Assembly: GCA_041662265.1 (NCBI GenBank)
Contig: JBAZSV010000005.1
Span: forward strand, 124,010 to 188,009
Direction: 5' to 3'
DNA length: 64,000 nt
Source: Sulfurimonas sp.
GTDB taxonomy: Bacteria > Campylobacterota > Campylobacteria > Campylobacterales > Sulfurimonadaceae
Below the pieces are notes generated by a model, which searched no databases, was not told the DNA's origin, and was given only the letters and a program-made list of their open reading frames with translations. This document shows positions 19,262 through 29,310 of this stretch, piece by piece (positions within the stretch are counted from its first letter, which is position 1; each line of letters opens with the position of its first letter). Both the position numbers and the translations under genes were made by a program.

Positions 19262-20002
19262 CTACTCCGCCCCTCTAAAAAATGTCTCTATAAATTCGCT
19301 TTTGGCAGAGGTAACTTCACTAAGTGTTCCCTCATAGGCTATTTTTTTGTTATCTATGATTGCAACTCTGTCAAGTGTATCGTAAATTGATTTTAAATCA
19401 TGTGAAACCATAACAATCGTAAGACCCAAAAGTGAACGAAGTTCTAAAATCAAAGCATCAAAATCTCTCGCTGAGATAGGGTCTAAACCACTTGTTGGCT
19501 CATCTAAAAAAAGAAGTTTTGGATCCATTGCAAGAGCACGAGCGAGAGCCGCTTTTTTTTTCATTCCTCCGCTTATTTGGGATGGATATAAAAGTGCATC
19601 TCTACTTTGCAAACCAACGAGATTTATCTTAAATGCTACAATTTCCTCTATCATTATTTCTGAAAGGTCGGTATATTCTTGAAGAGGGAGTGCAATATTT
19701 TCTGCAACACTCAGAGATGAAAAAAGTGCTCCTGCTTGGAATAAAACACCCCAATCTTGTCTAAGCTTTTGCGCATCTTCTTGTTTGATATTTGCTAAGT
19801 CATATCCCAAAATTTCTATAGAACCGCCACTAAACTTTTGTAACATAACCATTTCACGCAAAAGTGTCGTTTTACCGCATCCGCTTGGACCAAGAAGACC
19901 ATAAATTTCACCTTTATTAATAGTGAGATTTAGCCCATCATGCACTACTCTGCCATCAAACACTGTTCTAACATTTTGTACTTTTATGATAGTTTTCATC
20001 AA
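19262..20002 (-). CDS. ABC transporter ATP-binding protein (MlaF-like)
   Basis: Walker A GPSGCGKTT, signature ISGGMKKKAALARA and Walker B LLFLDEPTSGLD. Confidence 0.85.
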   Translation of the reverse strand: MMKTIIKVQNVRTVFDGRVVHDGLNLTINKGEIYGLLGPSGCGKTTLLREMVMLQKFSGGSIEILGYDLANIKQEDAQKLRQDWGVLFQAGALFSSLSVAENIALPLQEYTDLSEIMIEEIVAFKINLVGLQSRDALLYPSQISGGMKKKAALARALAMDPKLLFLDEPTSGLDPISARDFDALILELRSLLGLTIVMVSHDLKSIYDTLDRVAIIDNKKIAYEGTLSEVTSAKSEFIETFFRGAE

Positions 20003-21120
20003 ATACCCAAATTTGTAAATGCAATAGAAAAAATTGCGTCACACACAATCACTGCAAATATTGATTCTACAACACTTTTCGTTGTATTAAACCCTATACT
20101 TTGTGTATCATCTTGAACCATTAAACCTCTATATATCCCAATAGAAGCAATTAAAAACGCAAAAAATGGACCTTTGCCTATGCCTATAAAAAAGTGCTTT
20201 GCAGCGACAACATTTCTAAATCTATCTATAAAAAGTTCTGGTGTTATTTGTAAATTTAAATTTGCAACAAGCATTCCACCCAATACGCCCATGATATCTG
20301 AAACAAAGATAAGTATCGGCATGGCAATCATCAAAGCTATTATGCGAGGTAAAACTAAAAAGAGATAAGGGTCAAAACCCATAGTACGCATTGCATCAAG
20401 CTCTTGTGTTATCTTCATAGCACCGATTTGTGCTGTAAATGCAGAACCACTTCGCCCAGCTATAACTATAGCAGTTATAAGAGGCGCTAATTCCCTAAGC
20501 ATTGAGATTCCAAGCATATCTACTATAAATATATTTGCTCCATACATGTTAAGCTGATACGCTGATTGGTAAGCTACAACCAAACCTATCAAGAAACTAG
20601 TTAAACAAACGATGCCCAGAGCCTTAATAGCACTCTCATTCATTTCAAAAGCTATCTCTTTAAATCTAAGATTTTTCAAAGATGTAATGCTACGAGCATG
20701 TGTAAAGAATGTTTCGCCTAAAAATGATAAAAAGGAAAGAAGACCCATATAATTTTTATGAGTTTCCTCACCTATGGTATCTATTAAACTTACTTTCTTG
20801 GCATGTGGAATTGCTTGTAAAACTTTTTTTTGTTTTTTAATCAAATCAAGTGCATCGACTATCTCTTTTTTATGACAGAGTAAAGTAGTTTGTATATTTT
20901 TTGATTGTAAATTCTTCTGAAGATTGTTAATATAAAGCGATGCAGCGGTATCTATAAAGCTTAGTTCATTCAAGTTTATAGATACTTTTTTTATTTTAGA
21001 GAGAGAAATAGTCTCTACCTGATTTTGATATTTTGTTATACAATATAAATTGAACTCTCCTGAAAAATTCAAAGAGAGTGCATCACCTTGTGTTTCAATG
21101 TTTAAAAAAGATACATCCAT
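19999..21120 (-). CDS. MlaE-family ABC permease with N-terminal STAS-like domain
   Basis: 373 aa. The C-terminal 260 aa is multi-TM with RELAPLITAIVIAGRSGSAFTAQIGAMKITQELDAM (MlaE signature). The first roughly 100 aa look STAS/anti-sigma-antagonist-like. Confidence 0.75.
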   Translation of the reverse strand: MDVSFLNIETQGDALSLNFSGEFNLYCITKYQNQVETISLSKIKKVSINLNELSFIDTAASLYINNLQKNLQSKNIQTTLLCHKKEIVDALDLIKKQKKVLQAIPHAKKVSLIDTIGEETHKNYMGLLSFLSFLGETFFTHARSITSLKNLRFKEIAFEMNESAIKALGIVCLTSFLIGLVVAYQSAYQLNMYGANIFIVDMLGISMLRELAPLITAIVIAGRSGSAFTAQIGAMKITQELDAMRTMGFDPYLFLVLPRIIALMIAMPILIFVSDIMGVLGGMLVANLNLQITPELFIDRFRNVVAAKHFFIGIGKGPFFAFLIASIGIYRGLMVQDDTQSIGFNTTKSVVESIFAVIVCDAIFSIAFTNLGI

Positions 21121-21131
21121 TTTACTAGTAA

Positions 21132-21626
21132 CTAAAAATCTCTTGCTAGTAATTTATCTACTTTGAGTATGGTTAAAATTCTACCCGCTTGTTTACCAAC
21201 ACCCGCAATCATACTATCGTCTGCTGCAATAGTATCAGGTGCTGCACCAATATCCGTTTTCTTAATTCTAATAGCCATAGTCAATCTGTCAATTACAAAT
21301 CCAGCTACTTCATCCCCTTGTTTTAAAACAAAAAAGCGAGTTTCATCACTGTGCTTTAAAGGACGAAGTCCAAACTTAGTACGAAGATCTAAAAGAGGTA
21401 TAACTGAACCTCGAAGATTAAAAACACCCAAAACATATGCAGGAGTTTGAGGAACTCTTGTCCATCTAATAGGTTTAATAATCTCTTGAATTGTTAAAAT
21501 AGGCACAGCATATTCTTCTTCACCTATTATAAATCCAACTAACTGGATAATGTCATCAGCATGATCCGTAGGGCTAATTTGCTGTTCGCTTTGTTTGTTA
21601 ATAATCTGTTTTAATTTATCACTCAT
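21132..21626 (-). CDS. cheW: Chemotaxis coupling protein CheW
   Basis: 164 aa CheW-like domain (EEYAVPILTIQEIIKP...VFNLRGSVIPLLDLR). Confidence 0.9.
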   Translation of the reverse strand: MSDKLKQIINKQSEQQISPTDHADDIIQLVGFIIGEEEYAVPILTIQEIIKPIRWTRVPQTPAYVLGVFNLRGSVIPLLDLRTKFGLRPLKHSDETRFFVLKQGDEVAGFVIDRLTMAIRIKKTDIGAAPDTIAADDSMIAGVGKQAGRILTILKVDKLLARDF

Positions 21627-24019
21627 TATAAAAACTCCGATTTGAAATTCACATTTCTCTGAACTACACTCGCTAAATAATCGGCAGAGTAAGGTTTCGT
21701 TATATACTCAATCATTCCAGATTCCACACCTCTCATACGGTCTGACTTACCTGTACGAGATGTTACAGCGATTAGAGGGAGATTTTTATATTTATTATAT
21801 TTTTTAATCTCTCCAGCTAGTGTATAACCATCCATTCTAGGCATTTCTATGTCAATAAGCATCGCATCAAAATTATGATCACCTTGTTTTAAAGTATTGA
21901 GAGCTTCTTGTCCATCTCCAGCTTCAACTATTGTAACGCCAAGTGGCTCTAACGCTTTTCTCATAATCATTCTATCTGTTTTAGAATCATCCACTATCAT
22001 AACTTTATAATCACTTGCTCTTGTTTTTTCTTTTTTACTGCTAGAACTTGTCTCTTCTACCATAGCTTTTGCTTTCACGCCTCTTGCCATCTGCATAAGT
22101 GCTGCAACATCCACAATAAGTGTTACTCCACCATCTCCACGAATAGTAGCTCCAGCAATTCCTTCGATACCTTTTAAGTAATCGCCCATTGATTTGATAA
22201 CTATCTCTTCTTGCCCGACAAGTGTATCCACAATAAGTCCAAGTTTACTAGAACCAAGTCCTAAAACAACAACATACGCATGTTCACTTGAGTCAAGAAT
22301 TCGCTCCACTTCAAAAATATCGCCAATATGTACTAAAGAGAGAACATCATCACGAAGTCTCATAACTGAGCGATTTTCAACCGTATAAATCTCATCTTTT
22401 GATATACGAACAGTTTCTAAAACAGACGCTAAAGGAATTGCATAATGCTCCTCTTGAACGCCTACTAAAAGAGCCTGAATAATAGCGAGAGTTAAAGGAA
22501 TCTTTAACTTCATAGATGTTCCAACACCTATTTCACTTTCGATATCAATAATACCATTGAGTTTTTCTATGTTTGTTTTTACAACATCCATACCAACACC
22601 GCGACCACTCACACTTGTTACAGCAGCAGCAGTTGAAAAACCTGGTTTAAAAATAAGAGCATAGGCTTCTTTACTACTCATAAGATCAGCTTCTGCATCT
22701 GTTATGATGCCTTTTTCAACTGATTTGTTTTTTAACATGTCAGGGTCAAGACCTTTTCCATCGTCATCTATTTGGATAACAATAGCATTCCCTTCATTGT
22801 ATGCTTTTAAAGTAATTGTTCCTGTCTCAGTTTTTCCAGCTGCTACACGAATGGAAGGAATTTCTACACCATGGTCACATGAATTTCTAATAATGTGAAC
22901 TAAAGGGTCGCCTATTTCTTCAACAATCGACTTATCAAGTTCTGTCTCTTCACCAGAAATTTCAAGTTCTATTTTCTTATTTAACTCACGACTTAAATCA
23001 CGAATCATTCTTGGAAACTTGTTAAATACCTTTCCAATTGGCAACATTCTAGTCTTCATAACAGCAATTTGCAAATCAGTCGTAACAAGAGAAACGATAG
23101 AAACTACCTGGTTTAACTCTTCCAAGAACGCTTCACCCTCATATCTCTCTTCAACATCGACATTGATTTTCATCAAACGATTTTTAGCGAGAACAAGCTC
23201 CCCTATAAGATTCATTAAGTGGTCAAGTCTTTTTACATCTACACGAATCGTCTGTTCAACTACTGCAGGAGCTCTTGTTGCTGGAGCTGCCGCTTTTGCA
23301 TCATCATTTCCAATAGCTCTTGATGGAGTTGCTCTTGGAGCAACTGGAACTGGAACAGGGGCAGGTGTTGCTTTTGGTGCAGGTTTTGCTTCTTCTTCAT
23401 CCATTGGTTCTGGTGGAGCAACTGGAACACTTTCCCCTGCTGCTATTTTTGCTGCTCTTTTTGCTTTATCTTGATTTTGTCTCTCTTGTAAAAGTCTTTC
23501 TATTTCAGCTTCGACTTCATCTGCGTCCATATTGTCATAATCTGGTTCATCTGCAGAAGGTGCTACTTCTTCAACAACTTTTTCAACGACTTTAGCTGCT
23601 GGAGCAACTGCAACAGGAGTCTGAACATCGCCTTTTCCACCACTGATGATATCAAGTCTTACAACACAATCACCCACTTCTATCCCAGCATCCGAACTTG
23701 TGTCACGGATAATAACTAGAAGTGATTTCATAAGATCAATAGATTCTAAAACAACATCCATTACCTCTGCTGTAATCGCGAGGTCTCCATGTCTTGCTTT
23801 ATTTAACACATCTTCCATGTGATGCGTAAGATGTGTTAATACATCAAAATTTAAAAATGACGATGCACCTTTAATAGTATGTGCAACACGGAAAATTCCG
23901 TTTAAAAGTTCCAAATCATCTGGTCGTGATTCTAACTCAACTAAATCCTGATCTAATTGCTCTATCAACTCAAATGATTCAACTAAAAAATCTTGTAATA
24001 TTTCTTGAAATTCATCCAT
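21626..24019 (-). CDS. cheA: Chemotaxis histidine kinase CheA with C-terminal receiver (CheAY)
   Basis: HPt FRVAHTIKGAS, a dimerisation region, the ATPase boxes DDGKGLD and GRGVGMDVV, a CheW-like domain, and a C-terminal REC (MIVDDS...IDIEMPRMDG). The Ala/Pro-rich linker is locally GC-rich. Confidence 0.95.
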   Translation of the reverse strand: MDEFQEILQDFLVESFELIEQLDQDLVELESRPDDLELLNGIFRVAHTIKGASSFLNFDVLTHLTHHMEDVLNKARHGDLAITAEVMDVVLESIDLMKSLLVIIRDTSSDAGIEVGDCVVRLDIISGGKGDVQTPVAVAPAAKVVEKVVEEVAPSADEPDYDNMDADEVEAEIERLLQERQNQDKAKRAAKIAAGESVPVAPPEPMDEEEAKPAPKATPAPVPVPVAPRATPSRAIGNDDAKAAAPATRAPAVVEQTIRVDVKRLDHLMNLIGELVLAKNRLMKINVDVEERYEGEAFLEELNQVVSIVSLVTTDLQIAVMKTRMLPIGKVFNKFPRMIRDLSRELNKKIELEISGEETELDKSIVEEIGDPLVHIIRNSCDHGVEIPSIRVAAGKTETGTITLKAYNEGNAIVIQIDDDGKGLDPDMLKNKSVEKGIITDAEADLMSSKEAYALIFKPGFSTAAAVTSVSGRGVGMDVVKTNIEKLNGIIDIESEIGVGTSMKLKIPLTLAIIQALLVGVQEEHYAIPLASVLETVRISKDEIYTVENRSVMRLRDDVLSLVHIGDIFEVERILDSSEHAYVVVLGLGSSKLGLIVDTLVGQEEIVIKSMGDYLKGIEGIAGATIRGDGGVTLIVDVAALMQMARGVKAKAMVEETSSSSKKEKTRASDYKVMIVDDSKTDRMIMRKALEPLGVTIVEAGDGQEALNTLKQGDHNFDAMLIDIEMPRMDGYTLAGEIKKYNKYKNLPLIAVTSRTGKSDRMRGVESGMIEYITKPYSADYLASVVQRNVNFKSEFL

Positions 24020-24029
24020 ACTTAAACTC

Positions 24030-24968
24030 CTACTTCATATGTGCACGAACAACTCGCGCCACTTCATCATAAAATGAACTTGCTTCAAACTTAACTAAAT
24101 AAGCCTCTCCACCAGCTTTTTTCCCTCTACCTTCACTAAAACTATCGCTAATAGATGAGTTAAATATAATCGGTATATTATTAAACCTTCCATCTTCTTT
24201 TACATTCGCTGCAAAGTGAAAACCATCCATTTTAGGCATTTCAACATCAGAAATTATGAGTTTTAAATGATTTGCAATATCATCCCCATATGCTTCATAC
24301 AAGCCCTCTAATTTTTCTAGTCCATCCTGTCCATCCGTAGCTTCAACGACATGAAAACCCATTTTTAGAAGTGCTTCTTTTACAATCTTTCTAGCAGTAG
24401 AACTATCATCTAAAATTAATGCTGTACCTTCGAAAGAATCAAGTTCAGCAGGAGTGTAATCTGTATCAGGCTCATATAGACCTAAATCTTGTACAACACT
24501 CTCTAAATCTAAAATCAGCAAAACATTATCATCTTCAATCATGGTAACGCCAGTGATTTTGCTTCCGTCTAAAGAGCCTGAACCACCTCCAAAATTTGAT
24601 GGTTCTATATCACTCCAGTTTATTCGTCGTATTCTTTTTGCTTCATGAACAACAAAACCAATAAGTACATTATTAAACTCAGTGATTATCACTCTTGATT
24701 TTTCTTCTATACCTTCTGGTGCAGTTATACCCATCCATTTTGCTAAATTTACGACAGGTATTACAACGCTTCTTAAATCAAAAATCCCTTCAATAAAATC
24801 AGGCGTCCCCGGCAACTCTGTTAACTTAGGAATACGAATAATTTCACGAACTTTTGAGACATTAATTCCGTAAATACCCTCATATATTTCGCCATTTTCT
24901 TCTTTTAGAATGCGAAAATCAACAAGCTCCATTTCATTGGAACCAACTTTTAGTGAATTGTCATCCAT
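24030..24968 (-). CDS. cheV: CheV (CheW-like domain fused to receiver)
   Basis: 312 aa with an N-terminal CheW-like domain and a C-terminal REC (LILDDSSTARK...ISDVEMPKMDG). The order cheV-cheA-cheW matches Campylobacter/Helicobacter. Confidence 0.9.
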   Translation of the reverse strand: MDDNSLKVGSNEMELVDFRILKEENGEIYEGIYGINVSKVREIIRIPKLTELPGTPDFIEGIFDLRSVVIPVVNLAKWMGITAPEGIEEKSRVIITEFNNVLIGFVVHEAKRIRRINWSDIEPSNFGGGSGSLDGSKITGVTMIEDDNVLLILDLESVVQDLGLYEPDTDYTPAELDSFEGTALILDDSSTARKIVKEALLKMGFHVVEATDGQDGLEKLEGLYEAYGDDIANHLKLIISDVEMPKMDGFHFAANVKEDGRFNNIPIIFNSSISDSFSEGRGKKAGGEAYLVKFEASSFYDEVARVVRAHMK

Positions 24969-24970
24969 AT

Positions 24971-25714
24971 TTATTTATCCTTAAAGAAAATATTTTCTTC
25001 TAGTAGCTCTACTTCTTTGGATGATTTTACAATAAAATATCTTTGATTGCAAGCAAAAGCACCTAAATTTATATAACTGAAATTTTCAAATACAAGAGTT
25101 TTATTTTGATGAAAATGTCCTTCTATGAAGTAGTTACACGGATAATTATCACTTATTCTTTTTGCTATAAACTCCCTAAATCCGATGAACTCTTTGCAAT
25201 CATTTTTTTTACTTAAATACACATCTAATTTTTTTAAAATCATATTATTGCTTATAAAATTCACAACTCTTAAAAAGAACAACACAAAAGGGTTTCGTAT
25301 AAGAGAAGTGTATATTTTGTATCCTCTGTCACTTCCAAAGTCACCGTGGGCTAATAGGATTTTTTTTTCACCAAATCCACATGCCAAAGGTTGTTGTGAG
25401 ATTGGAACTATCTTGGCATGTGGAAATATATTTTTTAAATTAAAATCATGATTTCCTTCCAGATAAATCAACTCAATTTCAAGAGATATTTCGTTTAAAA
25501 GCCTAATTGGCTCTTCATTGATTATTTGCGTATAAGGAATGCCACCGAAGAGTGTATCAAACATATCGCCCATAAAAATAAGTTGCGTTGGTTGTAAAGT
25601 TTTGGAGTGTATGGCTTTTATAAAATCTAAAAGTTGTGGACGAAGGTGCGAGTAGTGTGCATCTGAAACTACAAATGCACCCTCTTTTAAAGTAAGGTTA
25701 TGGGACATAAGCAA
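24971..25714 (-). CDS. Calcineurin-like metallophosphoesterase, LpxH-like (UDP-2,3-diacylglucosamine hydrolase candidate)
   Basis: Motifs VVSDAHYS, IFMGDMFD, LEGNHDF and LAHGD. Confidence 0.6.
   Translation of the reverse strand: MLMSHNLTLKEGAFVVSDAHYSHLRPQLLDFIKAIHSKTLQPTQLIFMGDMFDTLFGGIPYTQIINEEPIRLLNEISLEIELIYLEGNHDFNLKNIFPHAKIVPISQQPLACGFGEKKILLAHGDFGSDRGYKIYTSLIRNPFVLFFLRVVNFISNNMILKKLDVYLSKKNDCKEFIGFREFIAKRISDNYPCNYFIEGHFHQNKTLVFENFSYINLGAFACNQRYFIVKSSKEVELLEENIFFKDK
25376..25425. repeat. Inverted pair of the abundant motif inside the LpxH-like CDS
   Basis: TCCACATGCCA (25376-25386) and TGGCATGTGGA(A) (25414-25425) form an 11-bp potential stem with a 27-nt loop. They encode ACGF and FPHAK on the minus strand. 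Confidence 0.9.
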
Positions 25715-26708
25715 TACTTGGAATGCCCGTACTCTCTTCTAGCCCCATCATTAAGTTTGCATTTACAACCGCTTGTGAAGAAGCCCCACGCATCAGGTTA
25801 TCAATCGCACTTGAAATAAAAAGCATGTTCTCTTTTTGTTTTACAAATATATCACAAAAGTTTGTTCCTGCCACATTTTTCATATCCACAGGGTTTTTGC
25901 TTATTCGCACAAAAGGTTCATCTTTGTAGTACTCTTTAAGAACTTCAACTGCATCAAAATTGCCATGGACTTGCAGATAAATCGATGAAATCATTCCTCT
26001 TGTTAATGGAACTAAATGTGGCACAAAATTGACCTCATCCAAAGGTATGTCAAGCTTTTGAGCAATTTCTGGCGAATGTCTGTGTGAAAGCGGATTGTAC
26101 GCAAAAAGATTGTCGTTCACATTTACAAAATGGGTCACATCGCTCAGTTTCTTCCCAGCTCCACTCACTCCAGTTTTAGAATCAACAATCACGGGAGTAT
26201 GCGCATTTCTAAACTTCATAAATGGCAACATTCCTAAAATCGCAGAAGTCGGAAAACACCCAGGATTTGCAACTAAAGAGGCAGTTTTTAGCTCATCTCG
26301 AAACATCTCTGGCAAACCATAAACAGCACTCTCTAAGTTTTCAACATCCGTATGCGGACAATAAAACTCTTCATAAATATCTTGAGGCAATCTATAATCA
26401 GCGGAGAGGTCAACAACCTTAACTCCACATGCCATAAGTGGTTTCACAAAAGCCATCGCAGTTTGATGAGGAACTGCTAAAAACACAAGCGCGCATCTCT
26501 TTGCAACTTCGTCTATATCGGCTTTTTCTACAGCACACTCATATACTTTTGCTAACGATGGATGAAGCTCACTTAAAGTTATTCCACCCTCAGAATTCGC
26601 AACATAATTTAGATAAAACTTTGGATGATTTATAAGAATTTTTACAAGTTCTAAGCCAGTGTATCCACTCGCTCCGATAATCCCGACATTAATTGCACTC
26701 AAATACAA
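25698..26708 (-). CDS. argC: N-acetyl-gamma-glutamyl-phosphate reductase
   Basis: GASGYTGLEL NAD-binding motif and the active-site NPGCFPT. Confidence 0.9.
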   Translation of the reverse strand: MYLSAINVGIIGASGYTGLELVKILINHPKFYLNYVANSEGGITLSELHPSLAKVYECAVEKADIDEVAKRCALVFLAVPHQTAMAFVKPLMACGVKVVDLSADYRLPQDIYEEFYCPHTDVENLESAVYGLPEMFRDELKTASLVANPGCFPTSAILGMLPFMKFRNAHTPVIVDSKTGVSGAGKKLSDVTHFVNVNDNLFAYNPLSHRHSPEIAQKLDIPLDEVNFVPHLVPLTRGMISSIYLQVHGNFDAVEVLKEYYKDEPFVRISKNPVDMKNVAGTNFCDIFVKQKENMLFISSAIDNLMRGASSQAVVNANLMMGLEESTGIPSIAYVP

Positions 26709-27186
26709 TCTCCTGATATTTCACTTCCAAAATTTCATACTCTTTTTCACCATTTGGAAGTTTTGCTTTAAAATCATCGCCCTCTTCTCGCCCTAAAAGC
26801 TGTTTTGCCAAAGGAGAACTAAACGAGATCAGCCCAATGTCAGGGTTACTTTCACAGCCACCCACAATCACATAAGTTATCTCTTCATCAGTAGCTAAAT
26901 CGCATAAAACAACAGTCGAACCAAAACTTATACGCGCATGTTCAAGCTCGGATGGGTCAACTATCTGAGCAGAACCAATAATCTCTGCTAGCTCAATAAG
27001 TCGCCCATCTATGAGTCTTTGTTGCTCTTTTGCAGCATGGTACTCAGCATTTTCTTTCAAATCCCCATGCTCAAGCGCATCTTCAATATCTCTCACAGTT
27101 TGCGGTCTTTTAACCTGTTTTAAATCTTTCATCTCAGCTTGAAGTTTCGCATAACCAAAAACTGTCATCGGTTCAATTCTATCCAT
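26689..27186 (-). CDS. greA: Transcription elongation factor GreA
   Basis: 165 aa with the GDLKENAEYHAAKEQQ coiled-coil signature and a C-terminal FKBP-like domain. Confidence 0.9.
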   Translation of the reverse strand: MDRIEPMTVFGYAKLQAEMKDLKQVKRPQTVRDIEDALEHGDLKENAEYHAAKEQQRLIDGRLIELAEIIGSAQIVDPSELEHARISFGSTVVLCDLATDEEITYVIVGGCESNPDIGLISFSSPLAKQLLGREEGDDFKAKLPNGEKEYEILEVKYQEIVFECN

Positions 27187-27219
27187 AATGGTTCTCTTTT
27201 TTTAAATTTATTTTGATGA

Positions 27220-27489
27220 TTATATCGAAACTTTTTTTATACTTGGTTTCATAGCCGACAAATCAAATTCTATCTTTTCATCTTCACACTCGATAAAAAT
27301 TTTACATCCACTTTTTCTTATAGACTTTGGCATGTGGATATCTTCTAAAAGCAAAATATTTTCACCTGTCATAGGGTCATTTGCGTAGAGGGTTTCGTCT
27401 TTTATGAAAAAAATCCTTCCGCCACCACAGCCATCGCCGATGATTCCTTCACAAACGAGTGGTGCGTTTAAATCAAAACCATGAAGCAT
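27220..27489 (-). CDS. Hypothetical protein
   Basis: 89-aa ORF overlapping the next gene by 17 nt. No recognisable motif. Confidence 0.4.
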   Translation of the reverse strand: MLHGFDLNAPLVCEGIIGDGCGGGRIFFIKDETLYANDPMTGENILLLEDIHMPKSIRKSGCKIFIECEDEKIEFDLSAMKPSIKKVSI

Positions 27490-27853
27490 CTAAACAATCC
27501 TCTTTTGCCTCTTTGATAAACGCAACAAAATCACTACTATTTTTATCTAAACTCTGATAACTCTCAAAACTGTACTCCTTGAAAATTCTCTCATCCACGC
27601 ATTTACAAAGCGTCTGGTTTGTATCTTCTTGACATGTGGAAATAATTTTCAGTTTTTGTCCATCATCCCATGCAACATAACTATTGTAGTATGGGTACAA
27701 AGTCCACACAGCGAAGCCCAAAGTCAGAACTATATTTGTTATATATTCTCTCTTTTTTGTCTCTATATATTTTTTTATATCGTAACTTATCAGTATCAAA
27801 AAAACTATTTCCAGCGTTATATTAAACCAATCACTATCTAAAAAATCAAACAA
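27473..27853 (-). CDS. Hypothetical membrane protein
   Basis: 126 aa with two predicted TM helices, then a Cys-containing soluble part. Confidence 0.4.
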   Translation of the reverse strand: MFDFLDSDWFNITLEIVFLILISYDIKKYIETKKREYITNIVLTLGFAVWTLYPYYNSYVAWDDGQKLKIISTCQEDTNQTLCKCVDERIFKEYSFESYQSLDKNSSDFVAFIKEAKEDCLDASWF

Positions 27854-27871
27854 ATTTCTCTCCCATCTCTA

Positions 27872-28510
27872 CTAAAATTTTCTTATTTTTTTAATTGTCT
27901 CTGCACACATAGTAAGTCCAAAAGTAGCCGTGACACCCATGAAACTGCCCTTTTCTTTTGTAACTACTTCTTCACTTGAAAAGATGGCTGTGTATTTTTT
28001 GTTGAAGCCTCGTTTTTTGAGTTCGTAGCGAATTTTTGAGCCAAATTTATCTCCGTGCGTTTTCCAGATATCGGCTACTTCTACTTTTGTAGGGTCAAGT
28101 CTTTTAGCCGAACCAAAAGAAGAGATAAGTTTTTTATAACACTTTTGCGCTAAAGCTAGTTTCGCATTTCTGTCATCTATGGCATCTAAAACTAAATCAT
28201 ACGCGTCAAAATCAAAATCCCAAACCCACTGCTCATCGACTCTGACATTGATTATCTTGGCATGTGGATAGTGTTTTTGCAGAGCTTCAACTTTGAACTC
28301 GCCCTCGTGAAGTTCCGACCACATTTGGCGGTTTTGATTGGTTGCATCGTAGGTGTCAAAATCTACTATCGTAATGTCACTAATTCCACTTCGTATGAGA
28401 CAATCAAGGCAAAAACTTCCAACTCCGCCAACGCCCAAAAGGATGATTTTCGCATTTTGAAGTTTTGCAAAATCATCGTTTAAAAGAAGTTTTATACGGT
28501 CATATTTCAT
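27872..28510 (-). CDS. ThiF/MoeB-family protein, TcdA(CsdL)-like tRNA t6A dehydratase candidate
   Basis: LLGVGGVGSFCLDCLIRSGISDITIVDFDTYDATNQNRQ Rossmann/ThiF motif. 212 aa. Confidence 0.7.
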   Translation of the reverse strand: MKYDRIKLLLNDDFAKLQNAKIILLGVGGVGSFCLDCLIRSGISDITIVDFDTYDATNQNRQMWSELHEGEFKVEALQKHYPHAKIINVRVDEQWVWDFDFDAYDLVLDAIDDRNAKLALAQKCYKKLISSFGSAKRLDPTKVEVADIWKTHGDKFGSKIRYELKKRGFNKKYTAIFSSEEVVTKEKGSFMGVTATFGLTMCAETIKKIRKF

Positions 28511-28514
28511 CTAT

Positions 28515-29294
28515 TTATTTCATCCACTCTTCAAGCGCATTTATGCTTTTATACGCACTCATATCGAGATGAATCGGAGTCAAAGAAATAAAACCCGCTT
28601 CAATTGCTTCATAATCACTCATGTCATGCGCAACATCTCGAGAACGAAACTCTAATGGATGCAACCCTAACCAATAATGTTCCTCGCCACGCGGGTTTCT
28701 ATGAAGATGTGCGTCATTTGCATAACATCTGTACCCTGCATAAGTCACCCTCATCGGAGCAACGCTGAGTTCTGCGGGAATATTTACATTTAAAAATTCT
28801 CTATGTGCGAGTGGAAATGAACCCTCTTTTATCTTTATAACCAACTCTTTTATAGTCGCACAAGCAAGAGAAAAATTTCCATCAGGATTTGTAAAGTCCA
28901 TTACTTGACTTATGGCAATCGCAGGAACATCATGTAAAACCGCTTCCATCGCTCCAGCGCAAGTTCCTGAGTAAGTAATATCTTCACCCATATTTGAGCC
29001 ACGATTTATTCCGCTCACAAGTAAATCAGGTTTTTGCCCTTCAAACATCGAGTGAAGAGCAAGGTAAACACAGTCACTCGGCGTTCCATCATCAAGTTTG
29101 TAAAAATCATCTTCTACACTTACAAAACGAAGCGGACGAACCAAAGTCAGAGAATGTCCACATGCCGACTTTTCATTTGCTGGAGCGACAACTGTAACTT
29201 CCACACCCTCTATTTCTCTTAGCGTGGCAACTAAATCTAAAAGCCCTTTCGCCTGATATCCATCATCATTTGTTACTAAAATTTTATATCCCAA
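28515..29294 (-). CDS. surE: 5'/3'-nucleotidase SurE
   Basis: N-terminal ILVTNDDGYQAKGL and GINRGSNMGEDITYSGT motifs. Confidence 0.9.
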   Translation of the reverse strand: MGYKILVTNDDGYQAKGLLDLVATLREIEGVEVTVVAPANEKSACGHSLTLVRPLRFVSVEDDFYKLDDGTPSDCVYLALHSMFEGQKPDLLVSGINRGSNMGEDITYSGTCAGAMEAVLHDVPAIAISQVMDFTNPDGNFSLACATIKELVIKIKEGSFPLAHREFLNVNIPAELSVAPMRVTYAGYRCYANDAHLHRNPRGEEHYWLGLHPLEFRSRDVAHDMSDYEAIEAGFISLTPIHLDMSAYKSINALEEWMK

Positions 29295-29310
29295 AAGAGT
29301 TCCTTAATTT

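Noticed and set aside
23019-23595. Plus-strand ORFs of 151 aa and 91 aa opposite cheA
   Set aside because: They lie antisense to the locally GC-rich Ala/Pro/Glu-rich CheA linker and have low-complexity translations. No RBS is visible. They are classic shadow ORFs.
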